Shown: one piece after another, positions 32,383 to 45,252 of the stretch
Position numbering within the stretch: the first letter of the stretch is position 1
Layout: each line of letters opens with the position of its first letter
Assembly (NCBI GenBank): GCA_958009085.1
Contig: OY253680.1
Coordinates: 558,001-622,000, forward strand
Source of the DNA: Protoeuglena noctilucae
Taxonomy: Eukaryota
DNA: 64,000 bases
Direction: 5' to 3'
Translations under genes and position numbers: made by a program
Notes under the pieces: generated by a model
The model's database searches: none
Told to the model about the DNA's origin: nothing
What the model saw: only the letters and a program-made list of their open reading frames with translations

Positions 32383-34698
32383 ATGTCCCTCAGGCGGTCC
32401 GCGCGGCTCGTGGCGCGCGTCTTGGCGGGCCAGGCTTCGTCGTCGAGCACGTGTGCAGCATGCCAAGCGATCCGCTCCTTTGGGGCCCTCACTAGGGCGG
32501 AGAGGTGGGCGGTGCTGCATGCTGCACATCGGTTTCCCTTTCGCTGCCCCCCCGCGCCGCTGTCGCAGCCCGCGCGTCCGAAGTTGCGGCTTATCTGGAT
32601 CATATACCTTCTTCCGCTGCTTGTGGGTGCCTCTCCATCTGATCCCCCCCCTCGGAACGCAGGGGAGGGCGCAGGCTCGCACCCGCGCGCACCCAGCAGC
32701 CTTGGCCACGGCACGCTCGTCCCTTTGCGTCCCTGCCGAGCCACGAGAAGCTGAAGATGCCGGCTCTGTCTCCGACGATGGATCAGGGGTCCATCGCGTC
32801 GTGGAAGGTTAAGGAGGGGGACAAGGTCGGCCCGGGTGACCTCATCGCCGAGGTCCAGACCGACAAGGCCACCATCGTGAGTGCCCGGAGCGAGTAGCGA
32901 GCGCGAGAGCCTATCCGCGCGCCACGACAGGGAGACCTATGCAGTGCCTTGTTGCCATTGCCGCGACAACATCCATGCCCGGCATCTTGCCCCGCGCGTC
33001 TCGCAGGGATTCGAGGTCCAGGAAGAAGGGTACGTGGCGAGAATCCTGGTCCCCGATGGCACCATGGACATCAAGGTGGGGACGCCCGTGGCCATCATCG
33101 TGGAGGAGGAGGCGGACGTCGCGGCCTTCGCCAACGTGCCCGTCGCCGAGCTCAGCGGGGGGGCGGCGCCGTCGGACGGAGGAGGCGCAAAGGGCAAGGG
33201 CGCGGAAGCGCAGGCGGGCGGGGAGAAGAAGACTGCGCAGGTGCGGGTTGTGCGATGCGGGGGCGGTGCGGGTGTATGCACGCGTGTACAGTCCCCGCTT
33301 ATCGAGGATCGCCGCCGGCCCGCACCGATGCGTTGCGTGGCTTATGATTGATATTGCGCGGGTGATGGGTGACGCATCGCTACCCCCGCGGCACCGCTCT
33401 GTGCGCAGAAGGGTGGCGGCGGTGGCGGCACGGAGCGGCTGGTGGGCCCCGCGGCATGGCACCTTCTGCGCGAGGGCAACCTGTCGCCGAGCCAGATCAC
33501 GCCGACGGGACCCAAGGGGAACATCACCAAGGGCGACGTGCTGGCGGCCATAGCGGCCGGGGTCGGGCCGGCGACGAGCGCCAAGCCGGCTGCTGAAGTG
33601 CCCAAGCCAGCAGCAGCTAAACCCGCGGCCCCCGAGGCGTCGCGCGCGACGCCGAGCGCCCCGAGCCCCTCGCCTGCGTCGCCGTCTGCCGCCGCGCCCC
33701 CCGCGACGGGCGGCGACCGCGACGTCCCCGTCACCAACATGCGCCGCGTCATCGCCCGTCGGCTCTTAGAGTCCAAGACGCAGGTGCCGCACTGCTACTA
33801 CGCGGTCGACGTGTGCATGGACGGCATCCAGGACTTCCGGACGTCCCTGGCGGCACAAGGGGTCAAGCTGTCCGTCAACGACCTGGTCATCAAGGCCGTG
33901 GCCGCGGCATTACGCGAGGTGAGGGGGGGAACGAGTGACGCTGTCATGGTGTCTTGCTTGGCATTGGCAGCGCAGCGTGTGGGGGGCATGCGTCCCAACG
34001 CAGCGATCAAAAGGCACCGTGTAATGCCAGTCTGTCCCACGCGTGCCTCGCGTCACGCCTTGCAGGTCCCCGGCGCGAACGTGACGTGGGACGCCAAGGG
34101 GGAGGAGCTTGTGCTGCAGCCTTCCGTGGATGTGTCGGTGGCAGTGGCGACCGAGGGCGGGCTCATCACCCCGATCGTCAAGGGCGCGGATGGCAAGACG
34201 CTCAAGCAGATCTCCGCGGAGATCAAGGACCTCGCGGGGGTGAGCTGCGCGGCCACCGGGTGGGCTCATCACCCCGGTCAGATGGCACGAGACGTGAATG
34301 CACGAGAGTGCGCGTCTGCGGGTGCGTCTGCGTTTGGCCAGAGCCATGTTGCCATTTCAAGGCAGAGCGGGTGAGCACATCCGTTTCCGCGTCCGCAGCG
34401 TGCCCGGGCTAACAAGCTCAAGCCGGAGGAGTTCATGGGGGGATCATTCAGCGTGTCGAACCTCGGCATGTTCGGCATCGGCGAGTTCAGCGCCATCATC
34501 AACCCGCCCCAGGGCGGAATCCTTGCGGTCGGCTCCTCCGTCTCCCGCGTGGTTCTCGAGGCCGGGAAGCCCCGGTCAAAGAGCTTCATGACGGCGTCGC
34601 TCTCCGCCGACGCCCGCGCCATCCCCGGGAGCGTCGCGGAGTCGTTCCTGGACGCGTTCCGGCGCAACATGGAGAGCCCTGCCAAGCTCTTGCTGTGA
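32383..34698 (+). CDS. Mitochondrial pyruvate dehydrogenase E2-family protein lacking the catalytic His (E3-binding protein/PDHX-like)
   Basis: Lipoyl domain MPALSPTM...[18 protein letters not shown]...[13 protein letters not shown], core domain ending [11 protein letters not shown]. Confidence 0.88.
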
Positions 34699-35002
34699 CG
34701 GCGTTCCGGGAGCGCTGCGGTTGAAGGATTGCGGCGTTGCTGCGGCCGCTGGCGTGTCAACTGGTCCGGCAGACGCGATGCAGTTCCTGCGGTGTTCTCC
34801 CAGAGGCTCTCCCAGAGGAACACTACTTGCCTGTCGTGAACGTGGGGGGCCAAAGGGCTCGATTGCCACCCTGTCTAGCCAACCGCGGGCAATTACCCCC
34901 TCGCTGTAGCTTTTGCGTGGATTGCTCTTCGCCTGCGTTGCTCTCTCAACTTGGAATACGGTGCCATGTCTGCGTAGCTATTCCTCGCGATGGGTGGCAG
35001 CG

Positions 35003-38000
35003 ATGGGTCGTAGGCACATTGCCTTGGTTTGCGCGCTCGCCTCGCTGACCTTGGCCGTCGGCACGTGGTGCGCGGACGTTCATCAGGTGCGTATTTGCGA
35101 TGTCGACCAATCGACATGCCAGTCTCAGCCAATAAACACGCCGGGAAGCGGGCACGAGATGGCGCGTGCAGTAGGTTTGTAACTCGCCCGGCGCCACGCC
35201 GCAAAGGCTCATGTCCCTCTCCGCCATCGCTGTTGCTCAGAAAGCTGCTTCTGCGATATCCGCGGGGTCATGCGGGACCCTGGAGCACGCGTGGGCGCTG
35301 CGCGAGGAGGGACGTCCTGGGGAGGGCCTCGCAGCCCTGCTGGACGCTGCCGCGGTCAACTACACAGGTGCGATGCGTAAAAGTTGATGTCATGTACGGG
35401 TGATTGTCAACAGCTTGCCGGTTGGATGCCACGCCGCAACCTGCGAGGCCCCTGGAGGGAGTAAGGGCCCAAGCAGGGCTCCCGCTTCGCGTGCCCGGCC
35501 GACGCCGCGCCTTCTGCCCGCCCATTCGCACGCAGCGAGCAGTCAGAATGACACCGTGGCGCTACTGCGGCTGCTCCCGGGTCGGAAGGCCGACGCGGAC
35601 GCGATGTTTGAGGCAGCGGTGTGGGCCGAGGAAGGCGCGGGCTCCGACGGGGCCCCGGACCTCGCCATATCGCTGTTGCTCTTCCGAGCCGCGAGCGACT
35701 TCGGGCATCCGCGCGCCCAGGCGGAGATCGCGATGCGGCTGGTGAGACGGGCGTGAGCACGTGCCCTGCGCTCCACAGCTGTCGACTGTGGGAGCCCACG
35801 CGGTCGACAAAAGGCCAGTTGCTGTCTCTACGACACTCCCTTGACTTGCGCTCTTGCCTATCTCCTGCCCGCAGGCGCTAGGCATGCCTGTGCCCGTCCC
35901 AGCTGGGCCCAGTGCGTGGGCCCTGCCCGCGTACCCGCCCCCTGTCTCCTTCACCAGCGCCCCCGACGTCCCCTCCGCACTCGTTCTGTACGTCTTCGGT
36001 GAGGAAGCGCCACCATTACTTGCAAAGCACAACGTCACGCTTCTCACTCCCACATGCGGAGGGACTGGTACTTCTCCGTGGCCCTGGGAGTGAGCAGGAA
36101 GCAGCTGTGACGTCGATGCGTGCGGTTACGTAACCACCTCCTTTCTCGCACGCAGCTGCCGCGGCGGGCGATCCGATGGCCAACCTGGCCTTGGCGCATC
36201 GACACTCGACCGGAGGGGGCGTGCCGGTCAGTTGCAGGGCTTCCATCGCCCACTACCGCGCTGGCCTGGCCTCTCTCCTCTCCGACGCCTTCCCTGGACT
36301 CTGCCTCGACTGCCGGCCGGGGCCGGGGCTGGGCCCGGGCGGCCTCGCCTGGGGGTGGGTGGGGGCACCGGGCGACGGGGAAGCAAGCGAGGCTGACCGG
36401 GGTGCCGAGACGACCGACGGTGGCGGCGCAGGCGGGGTGGTGCGGGACTGGAGGCGGCGGCTGGGTGGTTTTTTCAGCAAGGCGCACCGATGCAGCACCG
36501 GCGCCCGGCTGGTGGCGCGCCGGGGCGATGGTTCGGTAGATGGGGCGGGGGGGTCCTCGTTTGTGCTGCACGGTCAGCGCCCCGAGGGCCGTGAGCTGTA
36601 CGTCATGTCGGTCCCCGTGCTGGAGCCCCAGCACGTGGGGGTGCGTGGATCGACCTGGCGGTGGTTTGACCAGGCGAAGGGCGACAAGTCGGAGATACGG
36701 GACATCGTGGAGCTCCTGCAGTCGGCCGCGGACGACTCGGACATTGGGAAGGCGAGACGTGCGATGTGGCGGATTGCAGGGGCCAGGAGTCCATGTCCGT
36801 TGCTCGGGCGTGTGTTGGCCATTGTCCATGCCGCGCCGCCAATCAAGAGAGTCATTGTCGTCGTCTGTGTGACTGTCATCATTTGATTATCGTCATTCAA
36901 CTCATTTACCGCTTATCAATCAATCCTCTACAGGGCATTAACTTCATCCTGGGCAGCGTGCTGAGCCGGTCGCGGGACCGCGGGCTTCGAGACACCGACC
37001 GGGCGAGGGAGCACTTCACGGTGGCGGCACTGGCGGGTGACGTGGGCGCCATGGCGCAGCTGGGGCAGATGTACGCGGGGGTGGCGAGGACGAGGGGGGA
37101 GTGGGAGGAGGCGTCGAAGTGGCTGAGGCTGGCGGCAGAGGGGAAGGACGCGGCGGGGCTGTTTGGGGTGGGGGCCATGCTGTTGAGGCGAGTGGGGGAA
37201 GAGAGCGGGAGAGAGAGGGCTGTTTGGGGTGGGGGCCATGCTGCTCAGGCGAGTGGTGTGCATGCGTATGTCAGTGAGCGTGGCGGTGCTGATGGGGTGC
37301 TGGATGATGAGCGTGGGGGTGAGGACCAACCTAAGCGATCGTGACACTGTCAAGAAAGTCTCTCATTGTCCTTGGCGATGTTGTCAATTACAATCACGAT
37401 GACCATGTTGCTGGTAATCATCCATCGCTCCCACGTCCTCCCAGGGGCCTGTATCCCGAGGCGAAGGACCCCGAGTCGGCCTTCCGTTTCCTGCAACAGG
37501 CGGCGGAGTCGGGTCACGCGGACGCCCACTTCCTGATTGGCGCCATGCTCATGGCCGGGCTGGGCGTGGAGCGGAGCCCTGTGCGGGCGGCGCAGGCCTG
37601 GGCCGAGGCGGCGTCCAAGGGACACCTCGCGGCGCTGTGGAACCTCGCGGCACTGCAGGTCCAGGTGAGAGAGCGGGGATGAGTGCGGTACGACAGGCAC
37701 TCAGCTGCATTGCAGGTGAGAGGGCGGGGTTGAGTGTGACAGGCACGTAGCTGCTCTGCAGGTCCAGGTGAGAGAGAGCCATGGCGAGTGGGGCAGGCAC
37801 GTCTTGACGCAGAGTCCTGGTAGTAGCAACTCTGTAGTTGCTGTACTGCTTACTGGCAGGCATCAGCACCACTGTCCGACACGCTTGTGCTCTCAGGGTG
37901 AGCTGGCGCCCGAGGGTGGCAAGCAGGGGTACACGGTATCGGTGAAGAACGACTTGTTATTCCCGGCGGGGGGCAGCGGGGCGCGGCGCTTCGGGAGCGC

Positions 38001-39633
38001 GAAGGAGGCGGGGACGTGCGCAGTAGCGGCGCGGCTGCTGGGGATGGTGGCGCAGGGGGGGCCGTGGGTGGCTGTGGTGGAGGTGAGTGAGGACGGTGCA
38101 CCTGGGGAGTCTAGAACATGAGGATAAAGTAGCTTGGCGTCTGGCAGGGCTGTGGGTGATATGTCCTAGCGGCCACCACGCTAGGACACTTCCCCGCCCA
38201 CCTACCCACCCATCTCGCAGGCGGCTTCGGCGGACGCGATGGCCGGGCGGCTGCCCCAGGCAGTGCTCAAGTACCTCCGCGCGTCGGAGTGGCTGGGGCT
38301 GGGGGCGGCAGCCGAGAGTGCGGCGGTCGTGCTGAGGAGCAGGCAGTGGGCGCAGCGCCTGGAGTCGGGAGGTGAGACGAGGGTCTCAGTCAATGCAGAG
38401 AGACCAAAGCACGTGGCGTTACACGTTTCGATTGCGATCATATCTCCTCGCCTGCGTCGCTCTCAGGTACGCTGGGCCTCGCGGCCACCGTTGCCGCCGA
38501 CCTCTCACACGCCTGGGCATTCCTGGTGGGCCTGGTGACGGGCTCGGGCGCCCCCAGGCCAAACCTGAGAGTGGTGGGGCTTCGCGTTACGACAGCAGCC
38601 GCGGCCGATGCGCTTGATGCGCGGGCAGCGGCGCAGGGGAGCTACGGCGCGATGCTGTCGCTGGGCCTGTCGGTGGGGGGCAAGGTGAGACCTGAGGGCG
38701 GGCGGTGTCGTGGAGGTGCGGGAGGGAGGAGTAGAATGAGCCATTTGCAAGCGCTCTCAGGCACCCGCTCTTCAGGCACCGGTCATGACTACATCAGACC
38801 ACGATCACCGCTCGTTCTGTCACCCGCAGAAGCCCGCTTTGGCCGCCACGCTGCTGCGCCACGCGTCGGCCACCGCCGCCCCCGCCGCCGTGCGCGCGCG
38901 TGCGGCGTATCACCTCGCCTTCATGCACCAGTTCGCCATCGGCCTCCCCGGCGACCTCCACCTGGCGGAGCGGCTGCTGGATTACTCGCTTACCGCGGAG
39001 CCCGGGGGCTGGCTGGCCGTGGGCCTCTCTGTGACGGTGCTGATGCTGCAAAGAGCGACGTGCTGGGTGGGAGACCCCACCACGTGGCTCGGCTGGGCGG
39101 CCTCCCTGGCGGCCTGGCCCACGCGTGCCGCGCTCTCGTGGGCAGGGGCCGAGTGGGTGGTGGAGTGGGTGTCCGCGCACTGGCTGGCGCCGGCGGCGGT
39201 GGTGTGCGGCACGGGCGGCAGCGTCCTTGATTACGTGCCGCGGGTGTTACGGGGCCCGGGCGGCGCGTCGAGTGGCAGCGCGGCCGGGCCGCGGCGGGTT
39301 GGCGGCCCAGCTGCGGGGCTGGATGGCCAGGGTGTGCTGGCGGGGCTGCTAGCGGGGGTGCGGGGGGTGCACCGCCCGGCGCCCGCCCTCAACGCGGAGT
39401 TCCGGGCGCGGCTGGAGGCGGCGCTGGCCAAGGACCCGGAGCTGCAGCGTTTCGTGCTCCAGCTGGGCGCCATGATCGTGGGCCTCGGGATCTGCGTGTG
39501 GATGTTTGTGGTGGTCCTGGCGGTGCGGTCGCTGAGGCGGAGGCTGGTGGCGCGCGTCGCGGCGGCGCGGGCGGCGCAGAGGGCGGCGGAGGGCGACAGC
39601 GGGGGGGCGCAGGGGGAGGCCCAGGCGCAATAG
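35003..39633 (+). CDS. Signal peptide + Sel1-repeat protein with C-terminal TM (SEL1L/HRD3-like)
   Basis: Repeats AASDFGHPRAQ, AAAGDPMANLALA, AALAGDVGAMAQLG, AAESGHADAHFLIG, AASKGHLAALWNLA, AYHLAFMHQFAIGLPGDLHLAER; terminal hydrophobic helix. Confidence 0.75.
37156..37256 (+). repeat. 40-bp direct repeat of an exon end plus GC donor (37156-37195 and 37217-37256)
   Basis: gggctgtttggggtgggggccatgctg(ttg/ctc)aggcgagtgg, 2 mismatches. Confidence 0.9.
37653..37802 (+). repeat. Three diverged tandem copies (about 46-57 bp) of an exon/donor junction
   Basis: ctgcaggtccaggtgagagag...gagtg...caggcac recurring at 37653, 37710 and 37756. Confidence 0.85.
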
Positions 39634-39698
39634 GGCGTGGAGAGGGGCGGCGTGACGGGTTAGATAGCGACGATTCAAGCGTTGTCATCGGAGCTGAC

Positions 39699-41471
39699 CA
39701 TGCAGCGCCGCCGCCAACTCCCCGAGGTTCCGCACGCTCCTTTCCGCGGCGGTCGCCTCTTCCGTCGCCGCTTCCAAGAACGCGTCGATCGCATGGTGCG
39801 GTTTCCTGCGGGCGTATGGCTGACGGTGCGAATGGCCGAATATCTGGGCCCTCCCGGCTCGCCTGCACCTTGCATGCCGCACGCACTGGGTTCCCGTCAG
39901 GAGCTCCTCGGTGAGCTGGGCGAAGTCCTGCTGCAGAGCGTCCAGAACTGCGAAAGCAGGTTGGATAAAGGTGTTTTCGTCTTGTAGACATAACGCCTAC
40001 GCCCAGCCGAGCGCCAGCACACCTCGTTTGATGGCATCTGCAGCATCAGCTAGAGAAGATGCCGCAGCAAGCCCTGGGGCCTGCGAGCCAGGGCCGGGTT
40101 CCATTTTCGAGCACACCGGCACCCGATCCCGCGCGATTGCTGCTCTGATTCCACTTGCGCCAACGACTCGAGCATGTCATGCGCGAGATGCCAACTCTGG
40201 GCTACGACAGGGCCCCGTCGGTCACTGACTCGGGCCAGGTCTTCCGGCAAAAGGCTGTCGCCGCGCGCCGTCCTGGGCCACTTGTATGCATCACTTACTC
40301 GCCTATCGCTCTTAACCAGCCCTCGACGGCCTGCCGCAGTCCTGGTAGGGCATTCGGCGTGCACGGTGGATAGGAGCGGCGCCGACATTCTCCAGGTGAC
40401 AATTCGACTGCTATTATGGTCAAGGCTAGCATCCGTGTCTGCCGAGGCCGCCTGTCGATCTCGTTCCAGCGTCCCGAAGATGCTGTCCCGAGTGCTGTCC
40501 CCGCGCGCCCTCATGCGAGCCCCCGAAGCTCTCGGTCGGTCGCCTCTGCAATCATAACATTCACGCGACACGGGCAGCCCCATCATCTGCGCGCGGGGCT
40601 TCGGCGATGCGTCAGAAGAGCCTACCAAGGTTGTTGACGCCCGCAGGCCCCCTCGATCGCCTTCCTGCGGCCCAAAAGCACGCCATGTCTTCGGAAGCGA
40701 ATGAGGAGTTTACGGGCTTTTCCTGGGGCGCGCGGGGTGCTTGTTTAGCGGCGGAGGGGAGCAGGAGGGCGTCGAACGAGGCCCGCCCTTCCACCACGGC
40801 CCACACGTGCGGCGGACCTGCCTTCAACCCCTTCTTGGTGAAGGCCAAGCTCCAGAACACCCTCCTCATCCCCCCGTCCTCCGTGTCGGACGCGGAGACG
40901 CCGGAGAGCGGCGCGGACACGGGTGAGGGCCGTGGAGCTTGGGGTCACGGTAGAACGTAGCCGAGAAGGCCAAGGCCATCCATCGTGGTCTCGTCGAACA
41001 CGTGGGCCCCTCGCGTTCCCTGCAGCTCCCCAGCCCTCTACCGACGAGCACACCGAGCGCGTCAGCCCGGCTCACTCGCCCGCCCCCTCGCCCTCCACGT
41101 CCCCGCTGGCGTGGTCCTGCCTTCGAAGCCTCCCCTCGTCTCCGGTGAGCTTCGCAGGCCCACTCTGGGCTGACTTGATTGTATCCTTTTTACGCCGATA
41201 ACGTGCTTGGTGATTGGCACGACCGCAAGGGTGTCCATGCCCATCGAACATGCCGCAAGGTCCCTTCCGGTCGCAGGGGGATCGCGGCATGTATATCGTG
41301 CGCGTTCCGAGGCCTTTGCCGAGGGACGCTTTGGACAGCCCGTGCTTCTCCTCGCACGTCAGCGCGGCCCTGAGCCCGAGGGACCACCCTTTGCGCCCCA
41401 TCCTGGAGTCCGACGAAAGCGAGTGCCAGGAGGGCCAAGACGGGGCGAGCGCGAGCCCGAAGCGCGCATGA
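39699..41471 (+). CDS. Hypothetical spliced protein, start and exon structure uncertain
   Basis: Protein-like open segments (ELLGELGEVLLQSVQNCESRL; AQRLEHVMREMP; PAFNPFLVKAKLQ; PILESDESE) bounded by GT/AG sites. No family recognised. Confidence 0.35.
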
Positions 41472-41716
41472 CCACGACGGCGCACGCGCGGGGGTGCGCC
41501 CTCCTCCCAGCCACTCCCAGCCGCCGACCTCGGCGCTGCAGCCACGCTTGCGTTTCCCTATGCTCTTCGCCTGTGCGGGGCCCGAGCATCTTTCAGGCCC
41601 CCGGTCATTGGCAGCCGTGCCGCGCGGCAGCAGTGCCTGTGCGGGTGAGATGGCAATGAGACCTTTCCCTACGTCCACTAGAGATTCCTCGTTTATAGAC
41701 GGCGCCTACCGTGTCA

Positions 41717-43340
41717 CTAGGAGGGCACGTAGGTCCACAGCGCGACGGCGTGGCACGCCGACGCCATGACGAGCCGCTGGGTCGAGAAGGCCACCCGGCG
41801 AGGCTTGCCCGCGTGTCCTCGGAATTCCTGCACCAACTGCGTGCGAGGAACCGAGCACGACGGGGCATGACGAGAAGAGACGAGATAGTTGCGATGGGCA
41901 GGGTGCATTGAATGCCATCAACAGCGCACAGCGCGGTGCGAGCGGGTGCCTCAAGTCGCAAAGGCAATCCACAAAGCAGGGTGGGTTAGAACTGGCCGCG
42001 CTCACTTGCGGGGCTGCGCTGGGCGTCTCCGGCAGTCGCCACATCTTGAGGGTGTTGTCCTCACACCCCGAGATCACGTGCAGTCCCTCAGGCGTGAAGC
42101 ACGCCTGCGGGGTGTCACCCTCCACGTTGTCCGTGTTAATCTGCGGGGTGAAGACGGTGCGCTGTCGATACCGGCAGGTACCATGGATCGCTCGCCGCTG
42201 AGGAGCGCTGAGTCGCTCCCCGCACAGCCCCGCTATGCCAGGCCCCGCTGGCAGCACCAGCACGTGCCTTGGCAATGACGGGGCCGTCGAAGGAATCCAA
42301 GACGTAGATGCTCGAGTCCGCCACCCCGAGGATTTGCTTGCCGTCGAAAGAGGGCGAGATGTGTGAGAACGGGACCGTCGCATCGTTGACCTTCAAATTC
42401 ATGAAGGCACCCTCGTGGTACTTGCGCATGTCGAACAGCTGCAATCGAAGGGAGATGCAGAGGCTCACGTCTTGTGGCGGCATCGCAGGACCACCTCGCT
42501 GCTGCACAACCAGGGCGGGCGACCTGGGGAACCCTGTGGGTGCGCCAAGCTCGCCCACTGCGCCCGAGTGCCTCGCCTGAATGAGCCCCGGCTCGGTGGA
42601 CACCGCGAAAATGGACCCCTGGTAGTCGAAGCAGACGCACTGGGATGCGTTGCGGGCGGGTATCTTGCCCTGGATCGCGTCTGCCCGGATGTCCCACAAC
42701 AACACCGACCTGTCCGTCGAGCAGGAGAGCATCGTGTCGTTCACTGCGGGACAGATGCAATCGTCGGATCAGCAGCAGCGGGCGAGGGTGCCGTGGGAGT
42801 CACCCGCATGAACCCAGGGAGCCACGGCACACAAGGACACGTGCGTGCGCACTGCGACACTCGCCTGGGCTCATGGCGAGCCCCGTCACTCTGTCGACGT
42901 GGCCCCGGAAGTACCGCACGTACTTGTTTTGCGACAGGCTGTGGTAGCGAAGGGCGTGATCTGCGCCCCTCGAGGAAGCGTACACGACGCTGTCCTGGTG
43001 GTGGGTGAAGCGGATGCAAGAGCACCCGTACTTGCGGCTCGACAACCGCATCTTCAGCTTCCCCTCCAGCAGGTCGTAGACGCAGATGGACGTGTCCGTC
43101 GCACCGGCTGCAGCGACGGCCGGAACGCGGCCTTCGTCCCTCCGCCGGCGCGCCGGGGAGTCCTCCCTCGGGCTGCAGCACCCGAACGCAAAGAAGGGAC
43201 TCACCTACAACCATCAGGTCCTCGGATGCGTGCATATCCAGCGAATCGACGACCGGCGCCTCCCCATCATGCTCGGCGTGCACGTCGCGAAAAACCCGGC
43301 CTATCTTGAGGGACCGGAGCACGTCCTGCGTAATCAACAT
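41717..43340 (-). CDS. WDR82: WD40 protein WDR82/Swd2 (COMPASS / 3'-end processing)
   Basis: LRSLKIGRVFR, SRKYGCSCIRFTH, LRYHSLSQNKYVRYFRGHVDRVTGLAMSP, DRSVLLWDIR, ACFTPEG. Confidence 0.9.
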
Positions 43341-43739
43341 AGTTGCCCCCTGTCACCCAGTCCCCTCATGGGACACCTCGGGCCCGCTTGGGGCCCTCTC
43401 GCGGGCCCTCCCGAGGTGTGAGTGTTGCCTGTCCGCGCAAGAGGAGGTTTTCCGCAACAGCGACTTCCCCGCAGTCGAGGAGCGTCGTAATACATCGGCA
43501 GTGTTGGGCGATTCCGCGAACGCATCAATTGCGCGCTGGACTGCTCTGGCGCTCGCTGCTGGCGAAGGGCTCGCGCTGTTCCGCGCTCCCTGCTGCCCAC
43601 TCGCGCCATTCTTCGGCACCTTCAACTTGTCCTTGCGGTTCACGGTGCAATCTTACCTGCTGCGTTCGTCCAGGGGAGGTCTTGCTGGTTTTCCGCGAGC
43701 GACGGGGCTTGTTCAGGCCGGGTTGGGCGTGGGGCCGCC

Positions 43740-45136
43740 ATGGGAGGCATCCCGATGGAGGATCAGGGGGGGTTTGGCTTCGATCTGTGCAGGAGGAATG
43801 CGGCGCTGGCCAAGATTGGCCTGGAAGCACCAAAACCTCACAAGACCGGCACGACGATCGCGGGGGTGATCTTCAAGGTGACTCGCCACGCTGTCGGGTT
43901 GGAAGGAGCGTGCGGGTGCGGACTTTCCCGCGCTCGCTGCGCGGGGGAGGCTCTGCGTCCTGACCAGCGATGGTTCAGCGCGGGAGGTCCCGCCCACGCA
44001 CCGAGAGCCCAGCTGGCGGGCCCGCGGCCATGCCATCTCGAGATCTTGATGTCGAAGCATCCGTTGTATCTGCTGGATTGGCAAACCGGGCCGCAGAGTG
44101 CCTTGCCGGGCTCACTTTCTCGCCACGCCGAGTTCGACCCCCGCCACTGCCCGGGCAGCGTCGCTGGGCGTCCCACGCGATGCGCGATGCACTCTCTTGT
44201 CCAACTTGGTTCCGCAGGACGGGATTGTGCTCGGCGCTGACACCCGTTCGACGAGCGGGAGCACCGTGGCAGACAAGAACTGCGAGAAGATTCACTACAT
44301 CGCGCCCAACATCTATTGCTGCGGCGCGGGTACGGCAGCGGACACGGAGCAAGTGACGTCCATGATCTCGGCGAGCCTGGAGCTCCACCGCTTTGACACG
44401 AGCCGGCAGTCGCGCGTCATCACGGCGCACACCCTCCTCCGCTCCCACCTCTTCCGGTACCAGGGGTACGTGTCTGCGGCCCTCGTCTTGGGCGGCGTCG
44501 ACCCCACCGGGCCCCACCTCTTCACCATCTATCCCCACGGCTCCTCGGACTCCCTGCCCTTCTGCACCATGGGGTCCGGCTCCCTCAACGCCATGGCTGT
44601 ATTCGAGGCGGACTACAAGGCAAGCGGCGTGCTGCGCGCGCCCCTCGCTTGGAACTGCCTCGCGAGCGCCTGGGCCCGACACATGCGTGTACCGTCGCCT
44701 GCAGGAGAACATGGAGCGCCAGGACGCCATCGCGCTGGTGGCGCGCGCGATCCGGAGTGGCATTTTTAATGACCTGGGCTCGGGGTCCAACGTGGACATC
44801 TGCGTCATCACTAAGGACGGCGCCGAGTACCTGCGCAACTACGACAAGCCCAACCCGAAGACGTACCAGCGCAAGGCGAGCGCGTGCCCTGTGGAATGTA
44901 GACATGCGCTATGCAGCATGCTCTGCGGCGGTGCACTGCGCTCTGGCCCTTTGCTTGACGTCATGTAGAGCTGTGATCCCGGGCAGACTGAAGCTCTCTG
45001 CCCCCGCGCGCAGAAGCCCGTGGCGTTCCCGCCCGGGACGGCTCCCGTTGTGTATGAGAAGGTCATGCCTGTGGGCGTCCCGCTGAGCGCCGTGGTCGTC
45101 ACGGAGGGCGCGCCAGAGGGGATGGACACGGACTGA
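43740..45136 (+). CDS. PSMB7: 20S proteasome subunit beta-2 (beta type-7)
   Basis: [10 protein letters not shown] propeptide, [47 protein letters not shown]. Confidence 0.97.
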
Positions 45137-45252
45137 GTCAGCGACAGGCGCCTGGTAGGGCCCACCTGTTGCGCAGTTGGCAGCGCGTCATCCCCACACA
45201 CGTGCACTCTTCTGCCGCGCGGCGGCCAGGGGTCGTTGAATAAAAGGAAGCG

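Noticed and set aside
41181..41189. GTATCCTTT, the U12 5' splice-site consensus
   Set aside because: Lies just downstream of a normal GTGAG donor, and no TCCTTAAC branch site follows; likely chance.
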